A stretch of DNA of 64,000 nucleotides, from NCBI GenBank assembly GCA_963778655.1, contig CAVZVA010000009.1, forward strand, positions 768,001 through 832,000, given 5' to 3'. A program made the position numbers and the translations under genes. A model generated the notes under the pieces. It did not search any database. It was not told the origin of the DNA and saw only the letters and a list, made by a program, of their open reading frames with translations. Positions 23,946-37,079 of this stretch are shown here, piece after piece; the first letter of the stretch is position 1, and each line of letters opens with the position of its first letter. The DNA is from an uncultured delta proteobacterium (GTDB lineage Bacteria; Myxococcota_A; Polyangia; Polyangiales; JAFGIB01).

Positions 23946-24470
23946 ATGGGGTCCGAAGCGTCTAAGAGTCGGCGGTCGTTTCTGAGCCTGGTGATCGGGC
24001 TCGGCAGCGCTTTCATCGGGCTGGTGCTCGGCAAGCCCGCCGTCGAGTACGTCGTCGATCCGCTGCTGCGCGCGGGCGGCAAGAAAGAGCGCTGGTTGCG
24101 CGTGGCCAAGCTCGAAAGCCTCGACGACAAACGGCCGGTGGCCGTGCCGGTGATAGGCGAGCAGGTCGACGCCTGGACACGGCAGCCCAACGTACGGCTC
24201 GGCATGGTGTGGCTGCGCAAGAAGGGTGCAGGGGTAGAAGCGCTCACCGCGGAATGCCCCCATCTGGGCTGCAAGGTCGGCTACGAACCGCAACGTAAGC
24301 GCTTCCACTGCCCGTGCCACGACAGCTCCTTCTCGCTGGACGGGACCAAGCTGGGCGGGCCGGCGCCGCGCTCGATGGATCCGTTGGACGCGCGCGTGGT
24401 CGACGGACAGGTCGAGGTGCGCTTCGTACGCTTCCGCGCTCAGATCAAAGAGCGCGAGGAAGTCGGCTGA
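23946..24470 (+). CDS. Rieske 2Fe-2S subunit of a cytochrome bc complex
   Basis: Tat-like SRRSFL plus TM; CPHLGC and CPCHDS; GPAPR. Confidence 0.92.
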   Translation: MGSEASKSRRSFLSLVIGLGSAFIGLVLGKPAVEYVVDPLLRAGGKKERWLRVAKLESLDDKRPVAVPVIGEQVDAWTRQPNVRLGMVWLRKKGAGVEALTAECPHLGCKVGYEPQRKRFHCPCHDSSFSLDGTKLGGPAPRSMDPLDARVVDGQVEVRFVRFRAQIKEREEVG

Positions 24471-24474
24471 GCCC

Positions 24475-26220
24475 ATGCTGGCCAAAGTTGCGGACTGGTT
24501 CGACGAGCGCACGGGTTACCGCGCGCTGGTCTCGCATGCGCTCGACGAGGAGATCGAGGGCGGGGCGCGCTGGGCCTACGTGTTCGGCAGCGGGCTGCTC
24601 ACGGTGTTCATCTGCCAGGTGGTCACCGGCCTGCTGTTGATGGCGACTTACACGCCGTCGATGACGGGCGCGTGGTCGAGCGTGTTCTACATCCAGCACA
24701 AGGTCGCCGGCGGCTGGTTCGTGCGCGGGCTGCACCACTACGGCGCGCAGGCGATGATCGTGGTGCTGGGGATGCACTTGCTGCAGGTGGCGATCTACGG
24801 CGCGTACAAGAAGCCGCGCGAGGTCACCTGGTGGCTCGGGCTCGCGCTGCTGGGCGCGGTGCAGGGCCTGGGCCTGACCGGTTACCTGCTGCCGTGGGAC
24901 CAGAAGGGCTACTGGGCGACCAAGGTGGCGACCAACATCGCCGGCACCGTGCCGCTCTTGGGACCCGCGATCCAGACGCTGATCGTCGGCGGCCACGAGT
25001 ACGGCCAGGCCACGCTGACGCGCTTCTACGTGCTTCACGTCGGGGTGCTGCCGGCCACGCTGGCGCTGGTGATCGGCGCACATGTGGCGCTGTTCAGGCG
25101 CCACGGCGCCACCGCGCCGCACGGTGCCGACACCAGCAAGAAGGGCTTGTTCTATCCCGATCAGCTCGCGCGCGACGTCGCGTTCGCGGTGCTGGTGGTG
25201 CTGGTGATGGCGGTGCTCGCCAGCAGCGGCGATGCGCACCTGGATGCGCCGGCCGACCCCACGGCCGACTACAAGCCGCGGCCGGAGTGGTACTTCCTGT
25301 TCCTGTTCCAGCTGCTGAAATACCTGCCGGGCTCGCTCGAGCTGGTGGGGACGATGGTGCTGCCGGGTCTGGCCGGTGCGTTCCTGTTCATGCTGCCGCT
25401 TCTCGATCGCGGCGAGAGCAAGCGCGCGCGCGATCGGCTGCCTTATCTGGCGCCGGTGCTGCTGGGCGCGTGCGGGGTGGTGGCGCTCACCGCGCAGTCA
25501 CTGCATGAGGACGCCCACGACGTCGAGTACCAGCGCGGTCTGAAGGTCTCGCACCAGCGCGCCGAGCGCGCGATCATGCTCGCGCAGAAGGGCATCCCGG
25601 TGGGCGGCCCGCTCGAGCTGCTGCGCGCCGATCCGATGACCCGCGGCGCCGATGTCGACGAGCAGCACTGCCTCAAGTGCCACGTGCTCGATGGCAGGGG
25701 CGAGCGCGACGCGCCCGATCACACCGGCTACGGCTCGCGCGCATGGATCATGGGCATGGTCCACAACCCCGACGACGATCACTACTTCGGCCGCACCAAG
25801 ATCGACGACATGAAGCCGATGGGCAAGCTGGGCGAGGACAGGCTCAAGGCCGTGACCGAGTTCCTGTTCTCGCTCGGCCGCGAGCCGCAGGACCCGCCGT
25901 TCGACCAGGCGTTGGCCAAGCGAGGCAAACAGATCTTCCTGGACAAGTGCCTGGACTGCCACGTGTACGAAGGCGAGGGTGCCGATGTGCTGGACGGACC
26001 GGACATGACCGGCTACGGCTCCCGCACCTGGATCTACGAGCAGGTCAAGGATGGCGAAGGCCACTACGGCGATCTCAACAAGATGCCGAAATTCGTCGAC
26101 GACCTCGACGACCACGACATCAAGATGGTCACCGCCTACCTGCGCCAGCAGCGCTTCGCCAAGCCGGACTTCAAGGTCAAGCCCGCCAAGCCCAGCGACG
26201 ACGACGACAAGGACGAGTAG
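24475..26220 (+). CDS. Cytochrome b fused to a diheme c-type cytochrome domain
   Basis: GYLLPWDQKGYWA, four His ligands, PEWY, then CLKCH and CLDCH. Confidence 0.9.
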   Translation: MLAKVADWFDERTGYRALVSHALDEEIEGGARWAYVFGSGLLTVFICQVVTGLLLMATYTPSMTGAWSSVFYIQHKVAGGWFVRGLHHYGAQAMIVVLGMHLLQVAIYGAYKKPREVTWWLGLALLGAVQGLGLTGYLLPWDQKGYWATKVATNIAGTVPLLGPAIQTLIVGGHEYGQATLTRFYVLHVGVLPATLALVIGAHVALFRRHGATAPHGADTSKKGLFYPDQLARDVAFAVLVVLVMAVLASSGDAHLDAPADPTADYKPRPEWYFLFLFQLLKYLPGSLELVGTMVLPGLAGAFLFMLPLLDRGESKRARDRLPYLAPVLLGACGVVALTAQSLHEDAHDVEYQRGLKVSHQRAERAIMLAQKGIPVGGPLELLRADPMTRGADVDEQHCLKCHVLDGRGERDAPDHTGYGSRAWIMGMVHNPDDDHYFGRTKIDDMKPMGKLGEDRLKAVTEFLFSLGREPQDPPFDQALAKRGKQIFLDKCLDCHVYEGEGADVLDGPDMTGYGSRTWIYEQVKDGEGHYGDLNKMPKFVDDLDDHDIKMVTAYLRQQRFAKPDFKVKPAKPSDDDDKDE

Positions 26221-26237
26221 CGCGCGGCCATTTCGGA

Positions 26238-26290
26238 TCACAGGAAGAAGGAGCCTGTTTCAGCTTCCTGTCTTCCCGCCTTCCTGTTTC
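26238..26290. repeat. REP-like palindromic element, copy 3 (partial)
   Basis: ATCACAGGAAG ... CTTCCTGTCTTCCCGCCTTCCTGT between convergent genes. Confidence 0.65.
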
Positions 26291-27759
26291 AGGTCCTGCT
26301 TGTCCTGCGTCGGTTTGTCCTGCGTCGCCAACCGCGCTTGGCGCAGGGCCGAGCGGCGGACTTTGCCGGCGTCGTCGCGCAGCGGGGCGTGAACGAATTC
26401 GAAGCTGCGGGGGATCTTGTAGCGTGCCAGCTGGTCGGCGAGATGGGTGCGCAGGGCTTCGGCGTCGAGCTCGGCGTCGGCGATGTCGACGATCGCGTGC
26501 ACGGCCTGGCCCAGATCCTCGTCGGGCAGACCGATCACCGCGCTCGAGCGCACCGCGGGATGGGTATCGATCGCGGCCTCGACCTCGGCCGGATACACGT
26601 TGGCTCCGCCGCTCAGGATCATGTCTGTCTGGCGGTCGGCCAGGTACAGGTAACCGTCGGCGTCGAGATAGCCCATGTCGCCAAGCGACTCCCAGCCGTC
26701 GCGATCCTTTGCTCGCGCGCCGATGTAGTAGTACGTGCTGCCGGGGCCGCGATCGGGGCGCAGGTACACCTCGCCGATCTCGCCGGGCGGCAGCTCGTTG
26801 CCTTCCGCGTCGAGGATTTTGATCTGCGTGCCCGGCATCGCTTTGCCGACCGAGCCGCGGTGCGCGAGCCACTCGGTGCCCGAGATCAACGTGACGCCCT
26901 GGGCCTCGGTGCCGGCGTAGAGCTCGTGCACGCGCTCCGGCCCGAGCCAGTCGATGAACGCCTGCTTGAGCCACACCGGGCAGGGCGCGCCCAGGTGCAG
27001 GATGCGCTGCAGCGAGGAGAGGTCGTAGCGTCCGCGCACCGCTTCCCCCAGCCGCCAGATGCGGTGCATCATCGTCGGCACCAGCAGCGCGTACTGCACG
27101 CGGTGGCGCTCGATCAGCTGCAGCGACTGCTCGGCGTCGAAGTGACTCATCACCACCAGCTGCGCGCCCGCAAACAGCCCCTGCATCGAAAACATGAAGG
27201 GGCCGTTGTGATAGAGCGGGCCGGGCACGAGCTGGGTCAGCCGCGTGCGCGCGGTCTCGGGATCGGTCGTGCCCGCCTGGCGTGCGACGATCAGCTTGGG
27301 CCGTCCTGTGCTGCCGCCCGACGTCGGCGCCTTCCAGGAGCTCGCGATGCGGTCGGGCAGCGGCGCATCGGAGAGCTCGGGCGCGGCCTCGTAGCCCACG
27401 GGCAGTGAGGGCACGCCGGGCAAGCCGTCGGCCGGCGCCCCCACCACCAGCGCCGGCCTGGCCAACGCCAGGATTGCCTCGCGCTCGGCCCGCGGCAGCT
27501 TGGCGCTGATCGGCTGCGGGGTGGCCCCGAGCTTCCAGGTCGCCACGCACGCTTCGTAGAATTCGATGCCGTTGGGCAGCGCAATCGTCACAAAGCTGTC
27601 CTGCACCACGCCCAGTGATTCGTACGCGCGCGCCAGCCGGTTGGTGCGCAGCTCGAGCTCACGCCGGGTCAGGCTGCCCTGCTCGGCAGTGAGCGCGATG
27701 CGCTCCGGGTCTTGCTCGCTCAACCAGCGGATCGCCGCCCCGATCGACATCTTCGCCAC
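26260..27759 (-). CDS. AMP-dependent acyl-CoA synthetase/ligase
   Basis: TSGGSTGRPK, YAGTE, GDMG, ILSGGANVYPAEVE, GKV. Confidence 0.92.
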   Translation of the reverse strand: MAKMSIGAAIRWLSEQDPERIALTAEQGSLTRRELELRTNRLARAYESLGVVQDSFVTIALPNGIEFYEACVATWKLGATPQPISAKLPRAEREAILALARPALVVGAPADGLPGVPSLPVGYEAAPELSDAPLPDRIASSWKAPTSGGSTGRPKLIVARQAGTTDPETARTRLTQLVPGPLYHNGPFMFSMQGLFAGAQLVVMSHFDAEQSLQLIERHRVQYALLVPTMMHRIWRLGEAVRGRYDLSSLQRILHLGAPCPVWLKQAFIDWLGPERVHELYAGTEAQGVTLISGTEWLAHRGSVGKAMPGTQIKILDAEGNELPPGEIGEVYLRPDRGPGSTYYYIGARAKDRDGWESLGDMGYLDADGYLYLADRQTDMILSGGANVYPAEVEAAIDTHPAVRSSAVIGLPDEDLGQAVHAIVDIADAELDAEALRTHLADQLARYKIPRSFEFVHAPLRDDAGKVRRSALRQARLATQDKPTQDKQDLKQEGGKTGS

Positions 27760-27766
27760 GACTGCC

Positions 27767-30484
27767 TCACTCCCTGATTTGCTCTAGGTCTTGCTGCTCG
27801 TGCGTTTTGTCGTGCTCTTGCTTGTGCTCGGGCGCCGCAGCGGGCACCTGCTCGTCTTGGCCCGGCGGCTCCAGCGGCACCAGGCCCGGATCTTCCAGCC
27901 GCAGCTCGCCCTGGGGCGCGGCTGGCAGGCGCAGGTGCGCGTTGGCATCGGTGTAGCCCAAAAAGACCGTGGCGTCTGCGAGCCGCAGCGCGACCAGCGT
28001 CTCGCGCAGCAGGCGTACCCCGCCGCCGCCATAGGCGTAGACTTCGGTCGGCTCGCGACGCGCGCTGCGCGGCGGCTCCGCGCAGGCGGCGCGTACGCTC
28101 GGCTCGAGATCAGTCGCGGCGCACGCCTCGAGCGCGAAGCTCACCTTGGCCCCGTCCAGATGGCCGGCGGCCGCGGCCGTATACGCCCAGCGCGCTGCGG
28201 CGGCGCGCACGATCGGCGCGTGCTCTGGCTCGAGCCAGCTCAGCGGGTCAGGTCCATGGTCGCACGCGCCCGCTCCCAACGCCGCCAGCGCCGCGGCCAC
28301 GTTGGCGCGCACGTACGGCTCGCGCGAGCGCCCGAGCGCGCACAGCTCGCGCGCGGACAGGTGCGGCTTGAGCACGCCCCGCTGTGCCATGCGCGCGAGC
28401 GCATAGGCTGCAGCGCCCGGCACCGGCCAGTGCAGGCGCTTGGTGCTCCGGATCAGCGCGCGCACGTCGCGTTGATCGCCGGTCTCGCCCAGCGCGGCGG
28501 CAGCGGCCACGGCCTCGTGCACCGAGCCGTGGTCCAGCAGGTAGCGCAGCAACGGGCGCGTGCGGGCGTCGCCGAGCTGCCCCAGGGCGGCGACCGCGGC
28601 GGCGCGCCGCCGCGACGACGGCACGCGCAGGATGGTCGCGATTTGCTCGATCGCGCCCTCCGGTCCGAACAGCGCGATCGCCTCCACTGCGCGGTCGGCC
28701 AGCTCCGGGTCCTCGTTCTGCGCCTGCCGCGCCAACGATTGCAGTGCGCGCTGGGCGAGCGGCTGCGGCAGCTTGCCGGCGTGCGCCAGCCGTCCGAGCG
28801 CACCGCCGAGCGCGATCAGCAGGGCGTGTCGATCGGCGCGGCGCTCGGCGTCCAGCCGCTCGAGCAGCGCATGCACCGTTCCGGCGTCCGCGGTGGCACG
28901 CAGCGCGTTGGCGGCCTCGAACCGCGTGCGCGCGTCGTCGTTGTCCAGCAGCGGCAGCAGCGCGGGCGCCGCCTCGGGCACACCGATCTCGCCCAGCGCG
29001 CGTACCGCGGCCAACCGCAGGACGGGATCCGTAGCCGCGAGCAGCGGCGTGAGCGCAGGCAGCGCACGCGGCGCCCGCACGCGGCCGAGCAGCTGCACCA
29101 CCTCGATGCGCTGCGCGCCCTGCGCCGAGTCGAGCCGTCCCAGCAAGGGATCGGCTGCGCGCCCGTCCGGCTCGGCGTGCTCGAAGTACGCCTGCAGCGC
29201 GTCGAGCACCGCTTGTTGCGCGTCCTTGCCTTCGCCCTGCCCGAGCCGTTCGAGCAGCGGCATCAACGCCGCCGGTGCCGCGCTCGCGCCGAGCGCCTGC
29301 AGCAGCGCGGCGCCGAGCTCACCCTGGGCCGCCGGCAGCTCCGCGAGCAGCGCGTCGAGCGCGGGCTCCAGCGAAGCGACCTGCGCCAGCGTGGTCAGCG
29401 CCCGCACGATCGCCAGCTTGGCCCCCGGCTCAGCCCCTCGCAGCGTCACCCCCAGCTGCGCCACCAACCCTTCCGCGCCCGCCCCCGTAGTCGTCCCCGC
29501 CCCCGCGCCCCTGCCCGTGCCCCTGCCCGTGCCCGCGTCCGCCCCCGCCCCCGCGCCCGCCCCCATCCCCACTCCCACGCGAGCCTCGCGCTGCAGCCTG
29601 CGCGCCTGCGCGAGCAACGCTCGCGTGGCCGCGAGCCGCAGCGCCGGCACCTGCAGCTGCGCGATCAGCACGGCACGCGCCTTATCGTCATCGATCGCCG
29701 AAAGCGCCGCCACTGCCGCCTGCGCCAGGCGCGGCTCGGCGCGTTCGAGCGCGGTCTTGAGCGGGCCGACCCCACCGGCATCGCCCAGCCGTCCCAGCGC
29801 TGCAGCCGCGGCCAGCCGCACCTGGTCGTCGTCGTCGGCCAGCGCCCGCGCCAGCGCCGGCAGCGCGCGCGCGTCGCGGATGCGCCCAAAGGCTTCGAGC
29901 GTGGCCACCCGCACCTCGGGCGAGGAGTCGGCCATGCTGCCCAGCAACGGCGCCAGCGCGCGCCCGTCGTGCAGCGCCCCGAGCGCGGCGATGGCTTCGA
30001 TGCGCACCGACAGGTCCACGTCCTCGAGCCGGCCGAGCAGCGGCGTCACGCTTTCGGGCGTACCGATCTTACCGAGCGCGATCACCGCGGCGCGCCGCAC
30101 CTCGGCGGCGGCGTCGCCGAGCGCCCGCGTCAGCGCCGGCAGCGCGCGCGCCTCGCCGATGTTGCCGAGCGCGTCCGCGGCGCTGCGCCGCGTATCGGCC
30201 TCCTTGTCGTCCAGCCAGTCGAGCAGAACCGGCACCGCTTCACGCAGGCGCACCCGACCCGCCACCGCCGCGGCCTCGAGCCGCACTGCGGAGTCCGCAT
30301 CGTCGAGCGAGAGCAGCAGCGCGTCGCGGGCCTCCTCGGCGCCGTGCTCGCCGAGCGATCGCACCAGCTCCCGACGCTGCTCCGGGTCGGCGTGCTGCAG
30401 CTCGTGCTGGATGCGATAGACCTGGCCCGGCCAATGAAAGCCCAGGCAGGGTAGCAGCAGCAAGCACAGCCCGATGCGGCGCAT
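27767..30484 (-). CDS. HEAT-repeat protein with signal-like N-terminus
   Basis: Many VR.AA..ALG..GD..A...L...L.D repeats; Gly/Ala low-complexity insert. Confidence 0.85.
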   Translation of the reverse strand: MRRIGLCLLLLPCLGFHWPGQVYRIQHELQHADPEQRRELVRSLGEHGAEEARDALLLSLDDADSAVRLEAAAVAGRVRLREAVPVLLDWLDDKEADTRRSAADALGNIGEARALPALTRALGDAAAEVRRAAVIALGKIGTPESVTPLLGRLEDVDLSVRIEAIAALGALHDGRALAPLLGSMADSSPEVRVATLEAFGRIRDARALPALARALADDDDQVRLAAAAALGRLGDAGGVGPLKTALERAEPRLAQAAVAALSAIDDDKARAVLIAQLQVPALRLAATRALLAQARRLQREARVGVGMGAGAGAGADAGTGRGTGRGAGAGTTTGAGAEGLVAQLGVTLRGAEPGAKLAIVRALTTLAQVASLEPALDALLAELPAAQGELGAALLQALGASAAPAALMPLLERLGQGEGKDAQQAVLDALQAYFEHAEPDGRAADPLLGRLDSAQGAQRIEVVQLLGRVRAPRALPALTPLLAATDPVLRLAAVRALGEIGVPEAAPALLPLLDNDDARTRFEAANALRATADAGTVHALLERLDAERRADRHALLIALGGALGRLAHAGKLPQPLAQRALQSLARQAQNEDPELADRAVEAIALFGPEGAIEQIATILRVPSSRRRAAAVAALGQLGDARTRPLLRYLLDHGSVHEAVAAAAALGETGDQRDVRALIRSTKRLHWPVPGAAAYALARMAQRGVLKPHLSARELCALGRSREPYVRANVAAALAALGAGACDHGPDPLSWLEPEHAPIVRAAAARWAYTAAAAGHLDGAKVSFALEACAATDLEPSVRAACAEPPRSARREPTEVYAYGGGGVRLLRETLVALRLADATVFLGYTDANAHLRLPAAPQGELRLEDPGLVPLEPPGQDEQVPAAAPEHKQEHDKTHEQQDLEQIRE
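29470..29580. repeat. In-frame hexamer-periodic tract in the HEAT gene
   Basis: CCCGCC/CCCGTG/CCCGCG-type units encoding GVGMGAGAGAGADAGTGRGTGRGAGAGTTTGAG. Confidence 0.7.
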
Positions 30485-30620
30485 GCAGGAGTTCTACCAG
30501 GTAACGGCGGGTTTTCGGGGGCCCAACCACCTGCAATTTTGCAGGGGGAACGCGCAAGCGCATGGACCCTCCGGGGGACGGCTGCTACAAGAAGCCGGCC
30601 GAAATCTCAGCCCACCCGCC

Positions 30621-32057
30621 ATGCGGCGCTTCCTGATCCATACCTTCGGCTGCCAGATGAACGCGCACGACTCGCGGCGCATCGCCGAGGTGCTCGAGCG
30701 CGACGGCTACGCGCCGGCCGAGGCCGCCGAGGACGCCGACCTGATCGTGCTCAACACCTGCAGCGTGCGCGAGAAGGCCGAGCACAAGCTGCGCAGCGCG
30801 CTCGGCACCTTGCGCCCGCTCAAGCAGCGGCGCGGCGAGCTGTTGATCGCAGTCGCCGGCTGCATGGCGCAGGAGCACGGCGAAGGCTTGCTCGAGCGGC
30901 TCGACCTGGTCGACGTGCTGATCGGTCCCGACAACGTGCCCGAGCTGCCCGCGCTGCTGCGCGAGGCCGAGGCCGGCGGCACACCGCGCGCGCACGTCGC
31001 GCTCGACCTGGAGGCGCCGCGCTTTCTGCGCGCCAGCCCGCGTCCGGGACGGCCCGAGGTCTGCGCCTTCGTCACCGTCATGAAGGGCTGCGACGAGCGC
31101 TGCAGCTTCTGCATCGTGCCCTACACGCGCGGCGCCGAGCGCTACCGGCGCGGCGACGAGGTGCTGGACGAGGTGTCGGCGCTGGCGCGCGGCGGGGTGC
31201 GCGAGATCACCCTGCTCGGTCAGACCGTCAATTCCTGGCACGAGCCGGACGCGGCCGAGCCGGGCGCGCCTTCCCGCTTCGCCGCGCTGCTGCGCCGGAT
31301 CGCCGCCGAGGTGCCCGGGCTGGCGCGCGTGCGCTACACCTCGCCTCACCCGCGCCACGTCACTGCGGAGCTGGTGGCCGCGCACGCCGAGCTCGATCAG
31401 CTGCCCGCGCACGTGCATTTGCCCGTGCAGAGCGGCTCCGATCGCGTGCTCAAGCGCATGATCCGCCGCTACACCCGCAGCAGCTACCTCGAACGCGCCC
31501 GCGCGCTGCAGGCCGCGCGAGCCGGGCTCACGCTCTCGACCGACATCATCGTCGGCTTTCCGGGCGAGACCGAGCAGGACTTCGCGCAGACGCTCTCGCT
31601 GGTCGAGGAAGTGGGCTTCGTGGCGGCGTTCGGCTTCAAGTACTCGCCGCGCCCGCACACGCCCGCGCTCAAGCTCGAAGACGACGTGCCCGACGTGCTC
31701 AAGTCCGAGCGCCTGAGCCGCCTGTTCGAGCTGTGCGACCGCCTGCAGCAGCGCCACCTGCGCAGCCTGGTCGGCAGCCGGACGCGCGTGCTGATCGAAG
31801 GCCAGAGCCGCCGCCTCGATCTCGATCCGCCCGGGCCGCCGCCCGGCGCGCGCTTTACGGGCCGCAGCGAGCGCCACGAGATCGTGCACGTGGATGCGCC
31901 GCCCGGCTGCGATCTCACCGGCTGCTTGCTCGAGCTGCGCATCACCGCCGCCGGCAAGCGCTCGCTGCTCGGCGAGCCCGTCGGCGAGCTCCGGGCACAG
32001 GCGCGCGTGCCCGCACAACTCAGGACGGCAGCCCGGCTGCCGATCGTGACCGCATGA
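30621..32057 (+). CDS. miaB: tRNA-2-methylthio-N6-dimethylallyladenosine synthase
   Basis: TFGCQMN, NTCSVREKA, CDERCSFC radical-SAM motif, HLPVQSGS, IIVGFPGET. Confidence 0.95.
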   Translation: MRRFLIHTFGCQMNAHDSRRIAEVLERDGYAPAEAAEDADLIVLNTCSVREKAEHKLRSALGTLRPLKQRRGELLIAVAGCMAQEHGEGLLERLDLVDVLIGPDNVPELPALLREAEAGGTPRAHVALDLEAPRFLRASPRPGRPEVCAFVTVMKGCDERCSFCIVPYTRGAERYRRGDEVLDEVSALARGGVREITLLGQTVNSWHEPDAAEPGAPSRFAALLRRIAAEVPGLARVRYTSPHPRHVTAELVAAHAELDQLPAHVHLPVQSGSDRVLKRMIRRYTRSSYLERARALQAARAGLTLSTDIIVGFPGETEQDFAQTLSLVEEVGFVAAFGFKYSPRPHTPALKLEDDVPDVLKSERLSRLFELCDRLQQRHLRSLVGSRTRVLIEGQSRRLDLDPPGPPPGARFTGRSERHEIVHVDAPPGCDLTGCLLELRITAAGKRSLLGEPVGELRAQARVPAQLRTAARLPIVTA

Positions 32058-32127
32058 GAATCGCCGTGCCACCCGGCTGCTGGCACGCGCGCGGCGCGGG
32101 ATGCGCATTCGCGTGCGAGGCTCGGCC

Positions 32128-32541
32128 ATGAGCAGCGCCGCGCATCCGCTGCGCCGCGTGGTGCTGGCTTGGCTGCCGGCGGTCGCCTACATGACGCTGA
32201 TCTGGGTGCTCTCCTCGGGTCCGGTGAATCTGCCGATCGACCGCTTCCCCTTCAAGGACAAGGGCGTGCACGTCGTCGAGTACGGGACGCTGGCGGTGCT
32301 GGGCGCGTACGCGATCCGCCACACCTGGCCCGGGCTGGGGCTGCTGCGCGCGCTGCTATGGGCGGCGCTGCTCACCTTCTGCTGGGGCTTTTCCGACGAG
32401 CTGCACCAGGCCTTCGTACCCGGCCGCGACTCCAGCGTGTTCGACCTGCTGGCCGACGCGGTGGGCGCATTCGTGGGCATCAGCTGCTTTGCGCTGGTGG
32501 CCCGACTGTGGCGCCGCCCAGCCCGCGCCTCGCAGCAGTAG
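32128..32541 (+). CDS. VanZ-family membrane protein
   Basis: DKGVH..EYG, SDELHQAFVPGR.SSVFDLLAD. Confidence 0.88.
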   Translation: MSSAAHPLRRVVLAWLPAVAYMTLIWVLSSGPVNLPIDRFPFKDKGVHVVEYGTLAVLGAYAIRHTWPGLGLLRALLWAALLTFCWGFSDELHQAFVPGRDSSVFDLLADAVGAFVGISCFALVARLWRRPARASQQ

Positions 32542-32629
32542 CGCCCGCTGTCCCGCCCGGCAAACCCTGGCGTACCGGCACCCGTGCGGGTACCGATACC
32601 CGTCCTCGTCCCCGCCCCAATACAAAATT

Positions 32630-32657
32630 CTTCCCGTCTTCCCGCCTTCCTGTGATT
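32630..32657. repeat. REP-like element, copy 4 (single arm)
   Basis: CTTCCCGTCTTCCCGCCTTCCTGTGATT, preceded by a hexamer-periodic tract. Confidence 0.7.
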
Positions 32658-32674
32658 CTACGAATCACCACTGC

Positions 32675-35084
<2,410 letters not shown>

Positions 35085-35101
35085 CCCGCCCCGGCGGCGC
35101 C

Positions 35102-36904
35102 TCAGTCCACCTTCAGGATCGCGTGGAAGGCTTCCTGCGGGATCTCGACGCTGCCCACGTTCTTCATCCGCCGCTTGCCCTCTTTCTGCTTCTCCAGCAG
35201 CTTGCGCTTGCGCGAGACGTCGCCGCCGTAGCACTTGGCCGTCACGTCCTTGCGCATCGCTTTGACCGTCTCGCGCGCGATCACGCGCGAGCCGATCGCC
35301 GCCTGGATCACCACCTCGTACTGCTGCCGCGGCACGATCTGCTTGAGCTTTTCGGCCAGCTGGCGCCCCAGCTGGTACGCGCGATCGCGGTGCACGATGG
35401 TGCTGAGCGCGTCGACCGGCTCCCCATTGATGAGCAGGTCCAGCCGCACCAGCTTGTTGGCCCGGTAGCCGATCAGCTCGTAGTCCATCGACGCGTAGCC
35501 CCGGGTCGCGCTCTTGAGCCGATCGTGGAAATCGAACAGCACCTCGGCCAGGGGTAGCTCGTAGGTGATGATCACGCGCTCCTTGGAGGCGTATTGGATG
35601 CCCTTCTGCACTCCGCGGCGGTCCTCGCACAGCTTGAGCACCGCGCCGATGTAACTGCCGGGCACGTGGATCGAGACCTTGAAGTACGGCTCCTCGATGC
35701 TGGCGATCTTGCCCGGGTCGGGCAGCTTCGAGGGGTTCTCGATGTCGAGCACGCTGCCGTCAATCGCGTGCACGCGGTAGACCACGCTGGGCGCGGTGGT
35801 CACCAGGTCCAGGTTGTACTCGCGCTCCAGCCGCTCCTGCACGATCTCCATGTGCAGCAGGCCCAGAAACCCGCAGCGGAAGCCCAAGCCGAGCGCGTCC
35901 GAGTGGTCGGGGTCGAACTGGAATGCGGCGTCGTTGAGGTGCAAGCGGTCGAGCGCGTCACGCAGGTCCGCATACTGATCGCTGTCGGTAGGGAACACCC
36001 CGGCGAACACCATCGGCTTGATGTCCTCGAACCCCGGCAGCGCCTCGCTCGCCTGGCGCTTGGTCTCGGTCACCGTGTCGCCGACCTTGGTGTCGTGCAC
36101 GGACTTGATCGCCGCAGCGAAGAAGCCGACCTCGCCGCTGCCGAGCTCGGGCACCGGCTGCTCGAACGGCGAGAACACCCCGACTTCGGTGACCTCGTGG
36201 TCGGCGCCTGTCGCCATCAGCCGTACCTTCGCGCCTTTCTTGAGGCAGCCGTCCATCACCCGCACCAGGACCACCGCGCCGCGGTAGCTGTCGTACCAGC
36301 TGTCGATGATCAGCGCGCGCAGCGGCGCCTGCGGCTCGCCCTTGGGCGGGGGCACGCGCGCCACCACCGCCTCCAGGATCTCGTGGATCCCCTGGCCGGT
36401 CTTGGCGCTGGCCTCGATCGCGTGCGCGCAGTCGAGCCCGATCACCTCCTCGACCTCGCGTCGCGCGCGCTCGACGTCCGCGCTGGGCAGGTCGATCTTG
36501 TTGAACACCGGGATGATTTCCAGGTCGTTCTCGATCGCCAGGTAGACGTTGGCGACCGTCTGCGCTTCCACCCCCTGCGAGGCGTCCACCACCAGCAGCG
36601 CCCCCTCGCAGGCCGCAAGCGATCTCGACACCTCGTAGGTGAAGTCGACGTGCCCGGGGGTATCGATCAGGTTGAGTTGATACTCCTGCCCGTCGTCGGC
36701 GCGGTAGCGCAGGCGCACCGACTGCGCCTTGATGGTGATGCCGCGTTCCTGCTCCAGGTCCATCTTATCCAGGAACTGGTCGGTCTTCTGCCGGGCGCTG
36801 AGCGCGCCGGTGTGCTCGAGGATGCGATCGGCCAGCGTGCTCTTGCCGTGGTCGATGTGCGCAATGATCGAGAAGTTACGGATACGGCTGGGTTCTGCGG
36901 TCAT
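35102..36904 (-). CDS. lepA: Elongation factor 4
   Basis: [42 protein letters not shown]. Confidence 0.98.
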   Translation of the reverse strand: MTAEPSRIRNFSIIAHIDHGKSTLADRILEHTGALSARQKTDQFLDKMDLEQERGITIKAQSVRLRYRADDGQEYQLNLIDTPGHVDFTYEVSRSLAACEGALLVVDASQGVEAQTVANVYLAIENDLEIIPVFNKIDLPSADVERARREVEEVIGLDCAHAIEASAKTGQGIHEILEAVVARVPPPKGEPQAPLRALIIDSWYDSYRGAVVLVRVMDGCLKKGAKVRLMATGADHEVTEVGVFSPFEQPVPELGSGEVGFFAAAIKSVHDTKVGDTVTETKRQASEALPGFEDIKPMVFAGVFPTDSDQYADLRDALDRLHLNDAAFQFDPDHSDALGLGFRCGFLGLLHMEIVQERLEREYNLDLVTTAPSVVYRVHAIDGSVLDIENPSKLPDPGKIASIEEPYFKVSIHVPGSYIGAVLKLCEDRRGVQKGIQYASKERVIITYELPLAEVLFDFHDRLKSATRGYASMDYELIGYRANKLVRLDLLINGEPVDALSTIVHRDRAYQLGRQLAEKLKQIVPRQQYEVVIQAAIGSRVIARETVKAMRKDVTAKCYGGDVSRKRKLLEKQKEGKRRMKNVGSVEIPQEAFHAILKVD

Positions 36905-37079
36905 GGGCAAGCGTTCGAAACGAGCCTCGCGTGGGTGGGGCGGCGGCTCTCCCGGCGGGCCGGGCAGGGCGCTTCCCCCGCTGGCGGAACCACGGTGGCG
37001 GGCAAGGCGCTCTCTCTACCACAGGCCTCTCGCGCTGCCAGGCGCAGGCGAGCCGCCTGACCCGGGCGCGCCGGCGGCA

